Shown piece by piece: positions 38,200 through 50,560 of a stretch of 64,000 nt of DNA (position 1 is the first letter of the stretch; each line of letters begins with the position of its first letter). The DNA is taken from NCBI GenBank assembly GCA_964106645.2, contig OZ067041.1. One strand, written 5' to 3'. The notes beneath the pieces were generated by a model that did not search any database, had not been told where the DNA came from, and saw nothing but the letters and a program-made list of their open reading frames with translations. This stretch comes from Podarcis pityusensis. Lineage: Eukaryota. The position numbers and the translations under genes were made by a program.

Positions 38200-39029
38200 A
38201 AGAGTGTTCTGGAAGCTTCTCTCTGTGTGATACAAGCTAGAAGTTTCTAGCTAACAAGCAAGCTTCTATTATGCCTGGAAACAAGCAGAAGGTCCCTGGT
38301 GTTTGGGTTATTCTTTCAGAGAAACTGAACAGGTGGTTCAAACAGGTTCTGTTATCTCTTTCTGTCAAGGTCATGCTGTCTATAATAATAGGCCAGAAGG
38401 AGCCTGGGCTTCACTTTCTGTCTCTCTCTTCATCTGGTGTGGTGTTCTGTACATAGTATGTTTAGGTGTTAAGGTTTTAGTCCTACTGTAAGTTTAAGTT
38501 AACTCTGCTGCAACTGGATTTCTTATGGACTGTGCCAATCCTGAAAATGTATTGGAGTTGTGACCGATATGCTCATTTGCCTTCAGTAGTACTAAAGCTC
38601 TGCTAGGTAAAGGTAAAGGGACCCCTGACCATTAGGTCCAGTCGTGACCGACTCTGGGGTTGTGGTGCTCATCTCACTTTATTGGCTGAGGGAGCCGGAG
38701 TACAGCTTCCGGGTCATGTGGCCAGCATGACTAAGCCGCTTCTGGCGAACCAGAGCAGCACACGGAAACGCCGTTTACCTTCCCGCCAGAGCGGTACCTA
38801 TTTATCTTCTTGCACTTTGAACTGCTAGGTTGGCAGGAGCAGGGACTGAGCAACGGGAGCTCACCCCGTTGCGGGGATTCGAACCGCCGACCTTCTGATT
38901 GGCAAGTCCTAGTCTAGATGAATCTAATTGCCTCTATTTTTTGGAAATCCTGCAACGTGTTTATGTTTTTACTCTGCTAACTATACATTGGAGTCTGCTC
39001 TGGTTCAATATTGAGCAGAATTCATGACA
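38200..39029 (+). mobile_element. Possible LTR fragment interrupted by a Sauria SINE
   Basis: LTR-like composition ending ..ATGACA. No TSD or 5' TG terminus confirmed. Confidence 0.3.
38605..38912 (-). mobile_element. Sauria SINE, slightly 5'-truncated
   Basis: AAAGGTAAAGGGACCCCTGACC..GGGGATTCGAACCGCCGACCTTCTGAT. Confidence 0.93.
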
Positions 39030-39218
39030 AGATGAACCAAGAGCTATAAAGTACCTGAGTATTTCAGGCACCCACAATGTGGGGCAGAACCTGGCATGCC
39101 TGCTCCCCTATAACATATAACTTCTTGCTTTCCTTACCACTATTTTTTTTTTTACTGTATGCAGAGGACAGCTCCACTTGCAGCCTAGACTCAAGACAGA
39201 GCTAGGATGAACAGTAGC

Positions 39219-40098
39219 TGTCTTAACCCTGGATATATGTAATTTCAACCCATAATGTTGCAGAGCCATTATATTCAAGTACTGAACATTTCACTGTGCT
39301 TTTCAACTGAGTTCTCCCCGTGCTGAAGATGGAGAGACTGTCTCTAATCACACAGGTCATCAGGTTGATTTCTCCCTCCATTGATGCTGGATTCATCTGT
39401 AGCTGTATTCTCCCTACCAGTTGTGAATCCAGGCTTGTCAAGGGCTTGCATGCTTCTGGGTGTGTGGTTGCTGTAAGTGTGGTGCTGAAAAACGGGAATA
39501 GACTTTCCCTCATTCAGTGATGCTCTTGCTCTTTGCATAGCTGCTTCTTTTACAGGCTATCTAGAGAATATTTTCCCCTGTGACGTGGGCCTTGTGGAGG
39601 GTCTGGTGCAAGTGCTCAGTGTGTCTCTTCCAGGAACATATCCTTAAGCCACTTCACCAGGAAGGCAGGGTAAGTCCTGGCTCCCTGAAGATTCAGGAAC
39701 ACACACACCTTGGGATCCTCAGAATTCAGAGACAGTTTCTATCCTCCTAGTCTAACATGCAGAACTGGAGCTCTAGTGTAATTTTCCTGCAGACCTTGAT
39801 CCCGACACAGTGTCTCGTCCCCCATTATAGAGCTGTATCCACTGTTTTGTTAACGTTACCCAGTTTAATAGACGTTTCTTTTGTTTCCCTCTTGAGGGGA
39901 TTTATTGATTCGGTCCATTCCTCTGACAACTCCTTTTAAGAGTTCTCCAGGAGCCGACCTCCTCTTTGCCAAACTCAACCTCTGCTCCAAGGCCACAGGA
40001 TTTGAAATACACCCTCATTTTTTCATCTTGATCCTTGGCATTCCTGGTGCATTTCTTTTCAGTTTTGTTAGATTAGGATATCATCTTTGGTGATGACA
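39219..40098. mobile_element. Possible solo LTR
   Basis: TGTC...GACA termini and TTTATT at 39901. TSD not recognisable. Confidence 0.3.
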
Positions 40099-40629
40099 TC
40101 ACCATTGTTCATTTCTTAGCACAGAAAAGGGTTTTGAATTCTCCCAGAAGAGTTACACTAGTTGGAGGAAAGACATTTCTTTCCTCTGCAACCACACACA
40201 ACAAGTCTTCCAAGGGAGCTTAAGGAAGAGGTATGTACTAGGTTTGTACATTTTCTGCTTTAAATTCCTCTTCATGTTATTCCCTTCCAGACTTGTTAAA
40301 ATGACTGGAATTGGTTTTACATACAGCAAAAAGTTGTCGCCTTCCCCTCCAAAAAAGGCCAATACAAACTTTCACATAGGTAAACAACTCAGTCTTTCTA
40401 GAATACATCTCTTGCAATCTGAGGTAAGTCCTTCCAAAGCACAGGTGTAAAAGAGGCCTGCAAGGAGAAAATTGACTATAAAGGGCACCTCCCATATCTA
40501 ACTGGGGGGCGGGGATGGGAGACTTGGGCCAGAATCAGTTCTGGCCTTCTGAAAAGAAGTTGGATATTTATAGAGCTGCCTGCAAAGATGTGGGATGGCA
40601 CCCTACCCCATTCCTCCTCACTTTGGGCA

Positions 40630-41250
40630 CTGAACATAGGGACATATGAAGAATTTCCAGCAGCTAGTGTTCAGAAGCTCTACTGCCTTCAACCATGGAG
40701 GCAGAGTCTCATGCCTTTCTTGACACCTTCTCCATTCATTTGTCTGCTCCTCTTTTAAAGTCATCTAAGCTGGTGACCATCACTACCTCCAGTGGGAGTG
40801 AGTTCCATAGTTTAACTAGGTGCTGTGTCACCCTCCAAGTGTCTCTGTTTTTCAGGGATGACCCCAGATTTAAAGAATCCCCCTGGTTTCTGATCTGATG
40901 CCAGAACATCCTGCTTTTCCTTAGGACATACCTATTTTCATTGGGGAAATGTTGGAGGGTATGCTGTGTAAAAAGTACTTTCTTTTATCAGTCCTGAAGC
41001 TTTCACAAGTCAGCTTCACTGGATGTCACTGCGTTCTGGTGTTATGAAGGGGGTTGGGACTTTTCTCTATCCACCTTTTCTATGCCAGGGATAATTTTGT
41101 AAACTTTTGTCATGCTGCCTCTTACACACTTGTTCTCTAAATTAAGTCCTGATAGGAAAGTTGTTCCATCGCTTGACCATTTTGGTTGCCCTTGTCTGAA
41201 CCTTTCCAGCTCTGCTATATGCATTTTGAGGTGAGGTGACCAGAACTGGA
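40630..41250 (-). mobile_element. Old CR1 3' fragment
   Basis: Reverse ORF ..RGSMTKVYKIIPGIEKVDREK and WSPHL motif. Confidence 0.7.
40829..40961. mobile_element. hAT MITE nested in old CR1
   Basis: TIR (C)ACCCTCCAA / TTGGAGGGTA. 8-bp TSD TGCTGTGT at 40821-28 and 40962-69. Confidence 0.82.
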
Positions 41251-41649
41251 CTTAGCTGCAGATCCTCTGCATGGATCCCTGTAAGGTAAGTTTTCATATC
41301 CTAACGCTTAAGCAAACCATACGTTTCATGTGTTTACCAGGTTGTGGTAAGAGAAGTGATCCTGTTTTCTGTGGGCTCCAAGGACTATGCTAGCATTATA
41401 AACATTGAATAAGTTGTCTCTAGAAAGAAAATATTTTTAAACACTACTTTTACTTCCAGAGGAGTACATATTACACGAGAAGCATAGCATGCAATTATAT
41501 ACAGTAATCAGATAACCTAACACTTTCCTAAAGAGACAGTCAGAACAAAACACACAGAGAATATTTAGAAGAACAATTAGGATACATCTTGATACTTACC
41601 AATGCTGTTATCAAAGAGTGAAGAAGTTCTGTAACACAATCTCTCTCTA

Positions 41650-41701
41650 TTTACTGATATTTGGGAGAAAGGTTTGGAATGGCAATGGATACACCACACT
41701 T
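41650..41701 (+). repeat. Perfect 52-bp direct repeat, copy 1
   Basis: TTTACTGATATTTGGGAGAAAGGTTTGGAATGGCAATGGATACACCACACTT is identical to 43260-43311. Confidence 0.95.
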
Positions 41702-43259
41702 TATACTACTTAATGTTGCATTTGTACATGAGATCTTAGCTTTTCTCAATTTTATCAAAGTCTCAGTCTTGACTTGAGAAATTTTAGTCTCCAGTCCTTT
41801 TCTTGTTTTCATCTTCTAAGCAAGATTATATTAGATGTTTTATCTGATTAGGTGGACAAAAATTCAGTATTTTTTACACCTCTATAGTGAAAGGCTAGCA
41901 GGTCAGAGGTCAAGGCAGTGAAAGGGTAGAGACACTTACTGGAATAATGAATAAAGTCCCTGACAGATCAGAATCCAGCTACCAGATTATGCACACCTCT
42001 GGATTTTACAAGGCAGTTTTGGTTCAAAAAGATGTACCAAAATGCACATTTCAGGGGCACTCCATTGCAAAACATATTAAAATGTGTATTTGGGGGAATG
42101 GGCATAAAATGTATATAAGATGTGTACAAAATCCATAAATTTACATGTGAATTTTTATTTTAATCTGCAAAAGATGAGATGGAACAGGCCTATAATGGAG
42201 CATATAACCAGGACTATACTGTTGTAGATGGCAGGTGAAGCTCAAATAACTGAATGTTCCCATGCATACACAGACAAAAACAACAAAAACATTTTCCTGC
42301 CACTTTCCCCCACGAAAACATGATCTTCACTGCTGAATCAGAGCAGATGTCAATAGAGGTTTCCACAGATTGACATTTGATCTGCATGGGTTTTTCTGCG
42401 GAAAGTGGTGGGGCAAACCCAAAACTGCTCAGATCTGGGCTTACTAGGGATGGAACAAGTCCTGAGGCACAGGTTTACTACATCTCCTTCTTCTCAGTAA
42501 GACCATAGCTCGGAAAAAGTGGGGGAGATATATCCTGTAGAAAAGATACCCTGGAAAGGCTGCTTGCTGTTTACCCTACATCAGTATAAGTCCCTTCATT
42601 CTGCAACCTGCTCTTCATTTTCATATCTGAAGAGCAGCAACACTAAGAAGAAATGAGAAGAGATTGGTTGTTCCTGTGCTGCTAACTCCCTGGCCAGAAA
42701 TACTCTACAGAGGGGTTTCTCCCTGTTGGCTTGGGAGGACTGAAGTTTGGTTTCCTAGCACCAGTATGATGGTGCATACTGTAGAGACTTTAAGGGCTCT
42801 GGTTCAAATCCTGAAGTGCCCCCAAACACTTCAGATGTCTTCTAGGTTGTATAGTTACTTATCTCCTTGGTTCAGGAGTCACACAAGCATCAGTTCTTCT
42901 GTTTCTTGCATGTACCACGCATGCTGATTTTGCTGAATAAATCCATTAACAACTGTGGAAAATATTTCTTGGTGTTGAATAATCAATTGAAACATTCCTT
43001 TCCTCTTCCACCACCAACAAATGGCCCTATAAATGTTGCCCTCTTGCCTTTTTTTTATCTTTTAAATATCTTCTTCCCCAGTAGGGGACAGGCTTTGTCT
43101 TCAGACATCAGTTCCACCACTCACAAAATCACAGATATGACTGGCTAAACTCAACCCATTGGAAATCTATACTTTATGTCAGACCTGTCTAAGAGACAAA
43201 TCTAATCCTTTTGGCTAAAGAAAGAAAGAAAGGCGCTTACGGCAGTGTGTTGCTTTTAG

Positions 43260-43311
43260 TTTACTGATATTTGGGAGAAAGGTTTGGAATGGCAATGGAT
43301 ACACCACACTT
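43260..43311 (+). repeat. Perfect 52-bp direct repeat, copy 2
   Basis: Identical to 41650-41701. Confidence 0.95.
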
Positions 43312-46300
43312 GATATATTTTGTTTTTTCCCCCAGTCTCCATACTAAAAAGTACAAACCATGTTGCTGCATGCTGGGTCAGAGCACAAGCCCATCTAGCC
43401 CAGCTTGTCCCCTGACACAATGCAGTATGCTAGGATCTCTTTCCAAAGCCTGCAGCAAGCAGTCTTTCAAATGGAAGCGCTGGGGATGGACTCTGCAACA
43501 TTCACATGCAAGGCATGTGCTTTGAAGCTGAGCTGTGGGCCCTTCCCTGAAAGAGGAGAGCAGCGGGGAGAAGAACCTGGGAGACCAGAAGACATAGAAA
43601 AATATAGAACATTTGTATATAATATAAAAACAAGTGCATAACAAACAGTGTGTGGTTATAAGCTGGAAAGGGACCTAAAAAGGTATATATTTTAATTTTA
43701 TTACATACTGTATTATCTATTAAATTTACTAGTTGCTTTATCTTGCCCAAGGCAACACAAAGCAACTTACAACCAACAAAACAATGCCACCCAGACCCAC
43801 CCACCACTAGATACATTAAAACCAAGGTGGAGGGAATAAATTAAAAACATCCTGATCCCACCTCTAAAATGCAACAAATAGTTAACGGCCAAAGGCCTGG
43901 TTATAGAGGAAAGTTTTTGCCTGGTGCCTAAAGATATGGTCATCTGATTCTGGAACTCAAGCCCTCATCAATTTCTGATATGTTTCCCCTAGGAAGTCCA
44001 GGTTGATACACTATGAATCTGCTTCAGCCTGCAGTTGGTTCTCGGAGCAGCCAGTGCTCCCTGCTTTCCTGAGAACCTAGGAATCTGCTGTATACTGAGT
44101 CAGACCCTTGGTCCCTCTAGCTCAGTACTGACTCCAGTGACTTGCAGTGGCTCCCCAGTCCTACCTGGAATTGCCAAAAAGTGGAGCCCAGAAGCCATGA
44201 GCTCTGTGAGCTACGTCCTTTTCCTCAAGTGACCAAACCAAGGAAGCTATAGGGAGGGGTCTTGGGAGCTGATGCCCCTGGATCTCAGAATTCAGACTCA
44301 GGGTGTTTCAGGAAACACACACAGCAAAGTTCCAATTGTTCTCAGTGTCTCCACAACAAGGACTTTTACACTACATGAAAGCATCTTTGAATTAAAGATT
44401 CAAAGAGGAAAATTTCAAACTGAATGAGCAGCTCAACATACAGTCTGTGAGTTGATTCACACATGGATTTACATATATCACTTGAACTCTTATCAGTATA
44501 GGTCCTGAACACTGTGGTGTGATCCGCCCTGAGACCTATGGGTATAGGGCATTATACAAATTTAATTAACTGCAACAACATTCAGCCCACAGTGTTGGAG
44601 TTGCTATTAGGTGATGCTGTGATGGAACATTCACACGTGCCAATTGTCACTTGATGTTGCCATCAAAGAGTAAATGGGGAACATAGAATTGCCCTATCCT
44701 TCATTCAAAAATGCATGAGGGCATAAAGTACATAGGGAAAGTGGGCAAAGGTGCACCATCCCAGCTCCTACAATACCCATCCCGACTCAATCCACCCCTG
44801 ATCTTTCCATATTGAGTGGAAAGGGCTGAGTGCACCTAGACACCCCTTCCAACTTGCTCACTCAGTGCAGCTTGGGAGTAGAGTGGCTGCATCCAGCATA
44901 CACAGGGATATTGGGGGCAGGGCGGTGTGTGTGTGAAGGCACATATGCCCACTGCCCCTGCACACTTCTTGCCCTTGTGCACTCTTTTGAATGCCTAGAG
45001 AGGGCTGGTGTAAGAAGCTGGTCTATACATCTCTGTCTATGGAGAAACTCAAGGCAAGAATTGACATCTTTCAGGAATGTTAGGTACAAGGAACACTGCA
45101 GTCAAACAGGCTATTGAATTCCATGATCCAAAGTGGCTCTTGAAACTTCAGGTTTCCCTTAATAGATTTTCAGCATTCTCTGAGGCACTGACTGGAAAAT
45201 CTGGTCTACTAATTGAAATACACCCACCACATTTTCTCTAAATTTACTCAATGGGCTTTGAGAAAAAAATGGCTTTATTCTATATACTGATTTTTTTTTT
45301 TTAAGTCCTCAATGGCAGCAGAAACATTCTTAGAGAAATGCCTTGAAGGCATATTGTGGAGGTCTGGATATGAAATAGATTAAAAAGTGTTTTGCTTCAA
45401 ATCTTAATCTCTTCTGTGGTCTCGAGATGACTAACACGAGAAAGATTGAAACACAGCAGAGTGATGTGTATCACCAAACACCTGCTAAGATGAAAACACA
45501 TTGTGTCTTCCCTTCAGAATTGCCTGCAAATATTATCTACTGCTTGGAGGGCACCAATTGAGTGTTGTCTGTGCAAAATTCAAATCAAGAGGTAAGAAAC
45601 TGGGTTTGCTGCAGCCCCTAATGAAAAATGCCTCTGGGTGGGTTATATCAGTTGGCTAACAGGAAATGAACAGGAGAGCAAGACCTGAAAGCAATAGCTT
45701 TTAATCTCCACGATTCCTCATTTTACTGTACGGATGAGGGAATAAAAAATGTTACAGTAATGCAGAAAGCTCTAGTCAAGGGAAAAGCAACAGGACAGTG
45801 AGAAATATCTTCTGCTGACGTACACAGAAGCTGCATTCAAAAACCTTTAAAAAACTGTCAGTGTGTCATTTACAAAGGACCGGGAGGTTTACTTTGTGCT
45901 GGATTTGGCCCTAACCTCTGTTTTCAAGTGGCAGGGCTTAAACCACCCTTGTAGAAGTTGCTGCACTGCCAGGGGCAACATGTTGGACATAATCTGGGAA
46001 GGTTCAAATCCTGGCTCACTGGGGCTTGTTGGCCACTCCTTCTCCCTCAGTCCCAGCTCTTAGCACAAGGTTGATATGAGGACAAAAATGGATGGTGGCG
46101 AATGACATTGCCCAGAGCTCCTTGGCTGAAAAGTAAGATGAAACAATAAGCTTTTGTGGTTGCTGTTACAGAAGCAGGTGAATGTGGAGATGTTTGAGGA
46201 ATTAGCAAATTCTAATGCAAAATTACCTGATCTGCACATCTCAGATTAATGTGCATCCAATGCATTTTGCTTTTCTCCAAATGTTGGGCCGCGGGAGTAA

Positions 46301-46318
46301 CAGCAGTTTAATTGTATG

Positions 46319-47098
46319 TAAAGGTAAAAGGACCCCTGACCGTTAGGTCCAGTCGCGGACGACTCTGGGGTTGTGGCGCTCATCTCGCTTTATTGGCCAA
46401 GGGAGCCGGTGTACACCTTCCGGGTCATGTGGCCAGCATGACTAAGCTGCTTCTTGCAAACCAGAGCAGCGCACAGAAACACTGTTTACCTTCCCTCCAG
46501 AGCGGTACCAATTTATCTACTTGCACTGCGTGCTTTGTCAAAGGCCTGGAAACGATGCCTTATGAGGAACGGCTAAGGGAGCTGGGCATGTTTAGCCTGG
46601 AGAAGAGGAGGTTAAGGGGTGATATGATAGCCATGTTCAAATATATAAAATGATGTCACATAGAGGAGGGAGAAAGGTTGTTTTCTGCTGCTCCAGAGAA
46701 GCGGACACGGAGCAAGGGATCCAAACTACAAGAAAGAAGATTCCACCTAAACATTAGGAAGAACGTCCTGACAGTAAGAGCTGTTTGACAGTGGAATTTG
46801 CTGCCAAGGAGTGTGGTGGAGTCTCCTTCTTTGGAGGTCTTTAAGCAGAGGCTTGACAACCATATGTCAGGAGTGCTCTGATGGTGTTTCCTGCTTGGCA
46901 GGGGGTTGGACTCAATGGCCCTTGTGGTCTCTTCCAACTCTATGATTCTATGATTCTATGATTCTTTCAAACTGCTAGGTTGGCAGGAGCAGGGACTGAG
47001 CAACAGGAGCTCACCCCGTTGCGGGGATTCAAACTGCCGACCTTCTGATCAGTAAGCCCTAGGCTCTGTGGTTTACACCACAGCCCCACCCACGTCCC
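46319..47098 (-). mobile_element. Sauria SINE split by a CR1 insertion
   Basis: SINE halves at 46319-46536 and about 46964-47098. 12-bp TSD TTTAATTGTATG at 46307-18 and 47099-47110. Confidence 0.92.
46537..46963 (+). mobile_element. Young CR1 3' fragment nested in SINE
   Basis: [31 protein letters not shown] and (ATTCTATG)n tail. Near-identical to 62169-62593. CTTT duplicated at the junctions. Confidence 0.95.
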
Positions 47099-47229
47099 TT
47101 TAATTGTATGAAGAATATGCAAATACACATTTTATGAGACCTGCAGGTATAGGGTGGCATATAAATTATATAAATTATATAAATAAGAAAGTGTCTCCAC
47201 CCAATTTTTTCATAATCCTTCCCTTGCCT

Positions 47230-47606
47230 TTAGACCTCCGTAACAGAGCCCACCCCACTTCAGGAGGATACCCTGACCCACAGGAGTGGGTCTTTGCAGT
47301 GGGCTCGGCTGCTATAAGCAATGAGGAGGAACAGCAATGTAACCTTACACATCAACCCACTTCCATCAAGCGCTCCTCAGAATCCAAGCCTTCACCATTC
47401 CATTTTATTGTTATGAGCTTGCGGGTGCTAGAACCCCTTAAATTACTGGGCACAGTAGAGATTAAAATTTAACCAAGGTTGTTTATATCTTTTGTAAATA
47501 AACCATACATCATAAAACCCCACTGTGCCTCATTCCCAAAAGGAAACACGAACCCCAGGTAAGTGCACCAGGAACCCCTGCTCAGAGATTGGGGTGGCGT
47601 GTGACA
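47230..47606 (+). mobile_element. Possible LTR 3' part
   Basis: AATAAA near 47497 and terminus ..GGCGTGTGACA. 5' end and TSD not found. Confidence 0.35.
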
Positions 47607-48350
47607 TTATTTTCTGTTTCTTTAGATTGTTGGAGCTCCAGCCTTAAAAGTGCTTATCTTTGGCTGGAACACTTGGTTGCTAAAATAGGGCCTGTTGATA
47701 ACCAACAGCTACAAAACACAAAGAGCGAAATAAGAACAAGATTCAGATGAAAGTTCTCTTGTTACATGTTGTTTTCTCCAATTACTGTTTAAAAGGTTCT
47801 TGGTGGCCTGACCCCTTTGCAGAGGAAAGGGCTTGTGCTCATGTGTTCCATCAAATTACTTTTTGTAAGTACATGGTGCCACACTAAGTGACTAATACAG
47901 CTCAAAATGACACCTCCCAGGAATAACTTTAAGGCTAAGGACATGAAAGCATTAGAGAAAGAATAAGCATACAACATCCTCTAAACTCGTCTTCTGTTCC
48001 AAGCTGAAACCATGCAAAGAAATCCAATCTGCATAAGGCATGCTTAACGATTATAAAGGATAAAGATTTTGCAAATAAGTACATTGATTATTTATTTAAG
48101 AGGTTTAAGATTTTGAGTGGGACTATACCAAATATTCTCTGATTCAGTCATTTGCTTCTTATGTTAGCATATTTGAAACTATCTAATTACCAACACAATC
48201 TAATTACCTCACTGCACATTCACTTTGTTTCAATGCTGTTCGGCCCCATTTTGCCTTCCTGCTTCTTGGAGTGCTGTTCTCATTCTACTAGCTGCTACCC
48301 TTGCCCAGCTACTGCTTCTTTTGATAGACAGTGACACACACACACACACA

Positions 48351-48666
48351 CAGAGAGCTTTTTTCGGGGGGGGGGTGCATACCCCTAAACATTTTGTGAA
48401 TCTAAGTTTGGCCTCATTGAGGGGCAGTATTTCCGTGTGCTGCGCTGGTGCCGGCTCGCCAGAGCAGCTTTGTCACGCTGGCCACGTGACCCGGAAGTGT
48501 CTCCGGACAGCGCTGGCCCCCTGGCCTCTTAAGTGAGATGGGTGCACAACCCTAGAGTCGGACACGACTGGCCCGTACGGGCAGGGGTACCTTTACCTTT
48601 ACCTATTTCAATATGAGTAGGAATATGAGAGTACCCCTAAACATTTTTAAGGGGGGGAAAGCACTG
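48351..48666. mobile_element. hAT MITE interrupted by a truncated Sauria SINE
   Basis: Degenerate TIR CAG..GCTTTTT / AAAGCACTG. Internal repeated TACCCCTAAACATTTT. Confidence 0.7.
48434..48603 (+). mobile_element. 5'-truncated Sauria SINE (same subfamily as 31882-32256)
   Basis: AGAGTCGGACACGACTGGCCCGTACGGGCAGGGGTACCTTTACCTTTACC. TSD TATTTC at 48428-33 and 48604-09. Confidence 0.9.
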
Positions 48667-49531
48667 CACCCACCCACCATGAATGCTCGCCAGTCACGGC
48701 AGAATCTCACTCCCAGCGTTGAAGGGCCCCCAGGCAAGATATCATCCAGGGCTGTCCACACACTATTCTGGCAACCCCACCCCAGTCTCCCCCACTGCCC
48801 TGCCTACTCCACTTTCTCCTGCCAGCCACCCCCTATTTCCTCCGCCCTACTTCTCCAACTGCTGCTTTTCCAGCTGTTCTGCTTTCTTCTCTGAACACAC
48901 AATGCCCTGGTCATGGCACTCCTGCCTCACCTGATTCATTAGATGTAACTAACTGTAAATATATTTTCATATTATGAAAATCAAGGTAAGTTTTTGAGAT
49001 ATGGATGAAGGAAATGTACAATGAATCACAACTTAGTGAATAAAAAGTTACTTCTTGTGCTGCTTCCTCTCTCCTTTTTTCACTAGTATGCTGGGATAGG
49101 CTCTGCTGAAGAGGTGCCCTCTCCTTGGCTTGGTTCAGAACAGAGTTGTCATCAGAGAACACTCAGGGGAGAAATCACCGATTGTACAGAGCGCTTTATG
49201 GGGTTGTAATCCTTAACGCATGTGTTCCTTTCCAGGAAATGTCTTCTTCCTCACAATGCCGCTTGCAAGTCTCCTTCAGGGGCTGGGGGAGGTGGCACCT
49301 TCCTCAGGAACCATGGGAAGTTGGGGGCTCATTCTGCAGAAAAGTCCCAGTTATATGGGCCTTGTGCCAGCTCAGATGACTTGCCCATCTTACCCAATGT
49401 TGGCAACTATATTCTGAGAGAACTTCCAGTTTTTATATCCAGATTATACTTCCTCTGGAGCAGTCTCTCAGGTAACCTGGTCCCGAGATGTATAGGGCTT
49501 TACACGTTAGTACCTTGAACTTGTCCTGTAG

Positions 49532-49635
49532 TAGGGTTGCCATGCAAAAGTTGCTGAGCTTTTCTTAGTTTTGCCCAAGCTTTTTTAAAGGAAAAAATCT
49601 AGACTACTGACATGGGTTGACATATGGCAACCCTG
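49532..49635. mobile_element. Small hAT-type MITE
   Basis: TIR TAGGGTTGCCAT / ATGGCAACCCTG. Degenerate 8-bp TSD. Confidence 0.6.
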
Positions 49636-50039
49636 CCAGGTAGCAGATTGACACCTGACCCAGTGCAAATCAAGAAAGCAAAGTGTCATGTGCTGTTGAT
49701 TTCTGCACAAGCTGTAGCCTCCAGTGCAACCCCAAGAAATCCATGTGTGAAGTTACCAGTGCGTGGACAACTGTGGTCAAACTATCTCAGCCTAGGAACC
49801 CTGTAGCTGTTTTACCAACCAACATTGGTAGAAGGCACTCCAAGTCCCTAAAGATACCTGCACCTCTACTGACAGAGATGGACGAGGAACATCCCCAAAC
49901 AATGCACTTGCTCCTTCAGAGATAGTGAAAGTCCATCCAGGGCAGGGAACCCATGAACCACTCCTTCAGACTAAGTTTATTAGTCCTCATGCAGCCCACC
50001 ACTGCATCCAGACTTCATCAGCCACTCCCAGTTCAAATG

Positions 50040-50560
50040 AAGCATGTTGCTCCAGAACACCTCTTGACCACTCCCAAAGACTTCACATACATGTTAAATA
50101 GCATGAGACGATACAGTTCCTTGCAGGACCTCATAGTTCAGGAACCAGGAGGCTGAGAAGCACTCATTCAATGCTACCTTCTGGAACCAATCCTGGAGAT
50201 AAGACTGCCTCCAAAACCCCTCTCCCATAGGCAGTCCAGGAGGGTACCATGGTCGAGGGTAATAAAAGTGATCTTGTAAGAGCAACATGATCAAGGCAGA
50301 TCCACTCCCAAACCTGGGTCTGAAAACAGACTGGAATGGGTCCCAGAGCATCAGCATCTTCTAGGAATGCCTGCAGCTGCGTTGTCATGACCCTCACAAG
50401 TACCTTGCTCAAAATGGGGGTATTTGCAACAGGGCAGTAGTTGCCAAATGCCGTTAGGTCCAAGGAGTTCTTTTCCCAGGAATGACCAACCTCTTGCCTC
50501 CTTCCAGGCAGCCATGCCACCTGCTCATGCAGACATGATGGACCAATTAAGGCCATTTAG
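50040..50560 (-). mobile_element. L2 RT-region fragment
   Basis: NYCPVANTPILSKVL..QLQAFLE..DPFQSVFRP. Confidence 0.8.
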
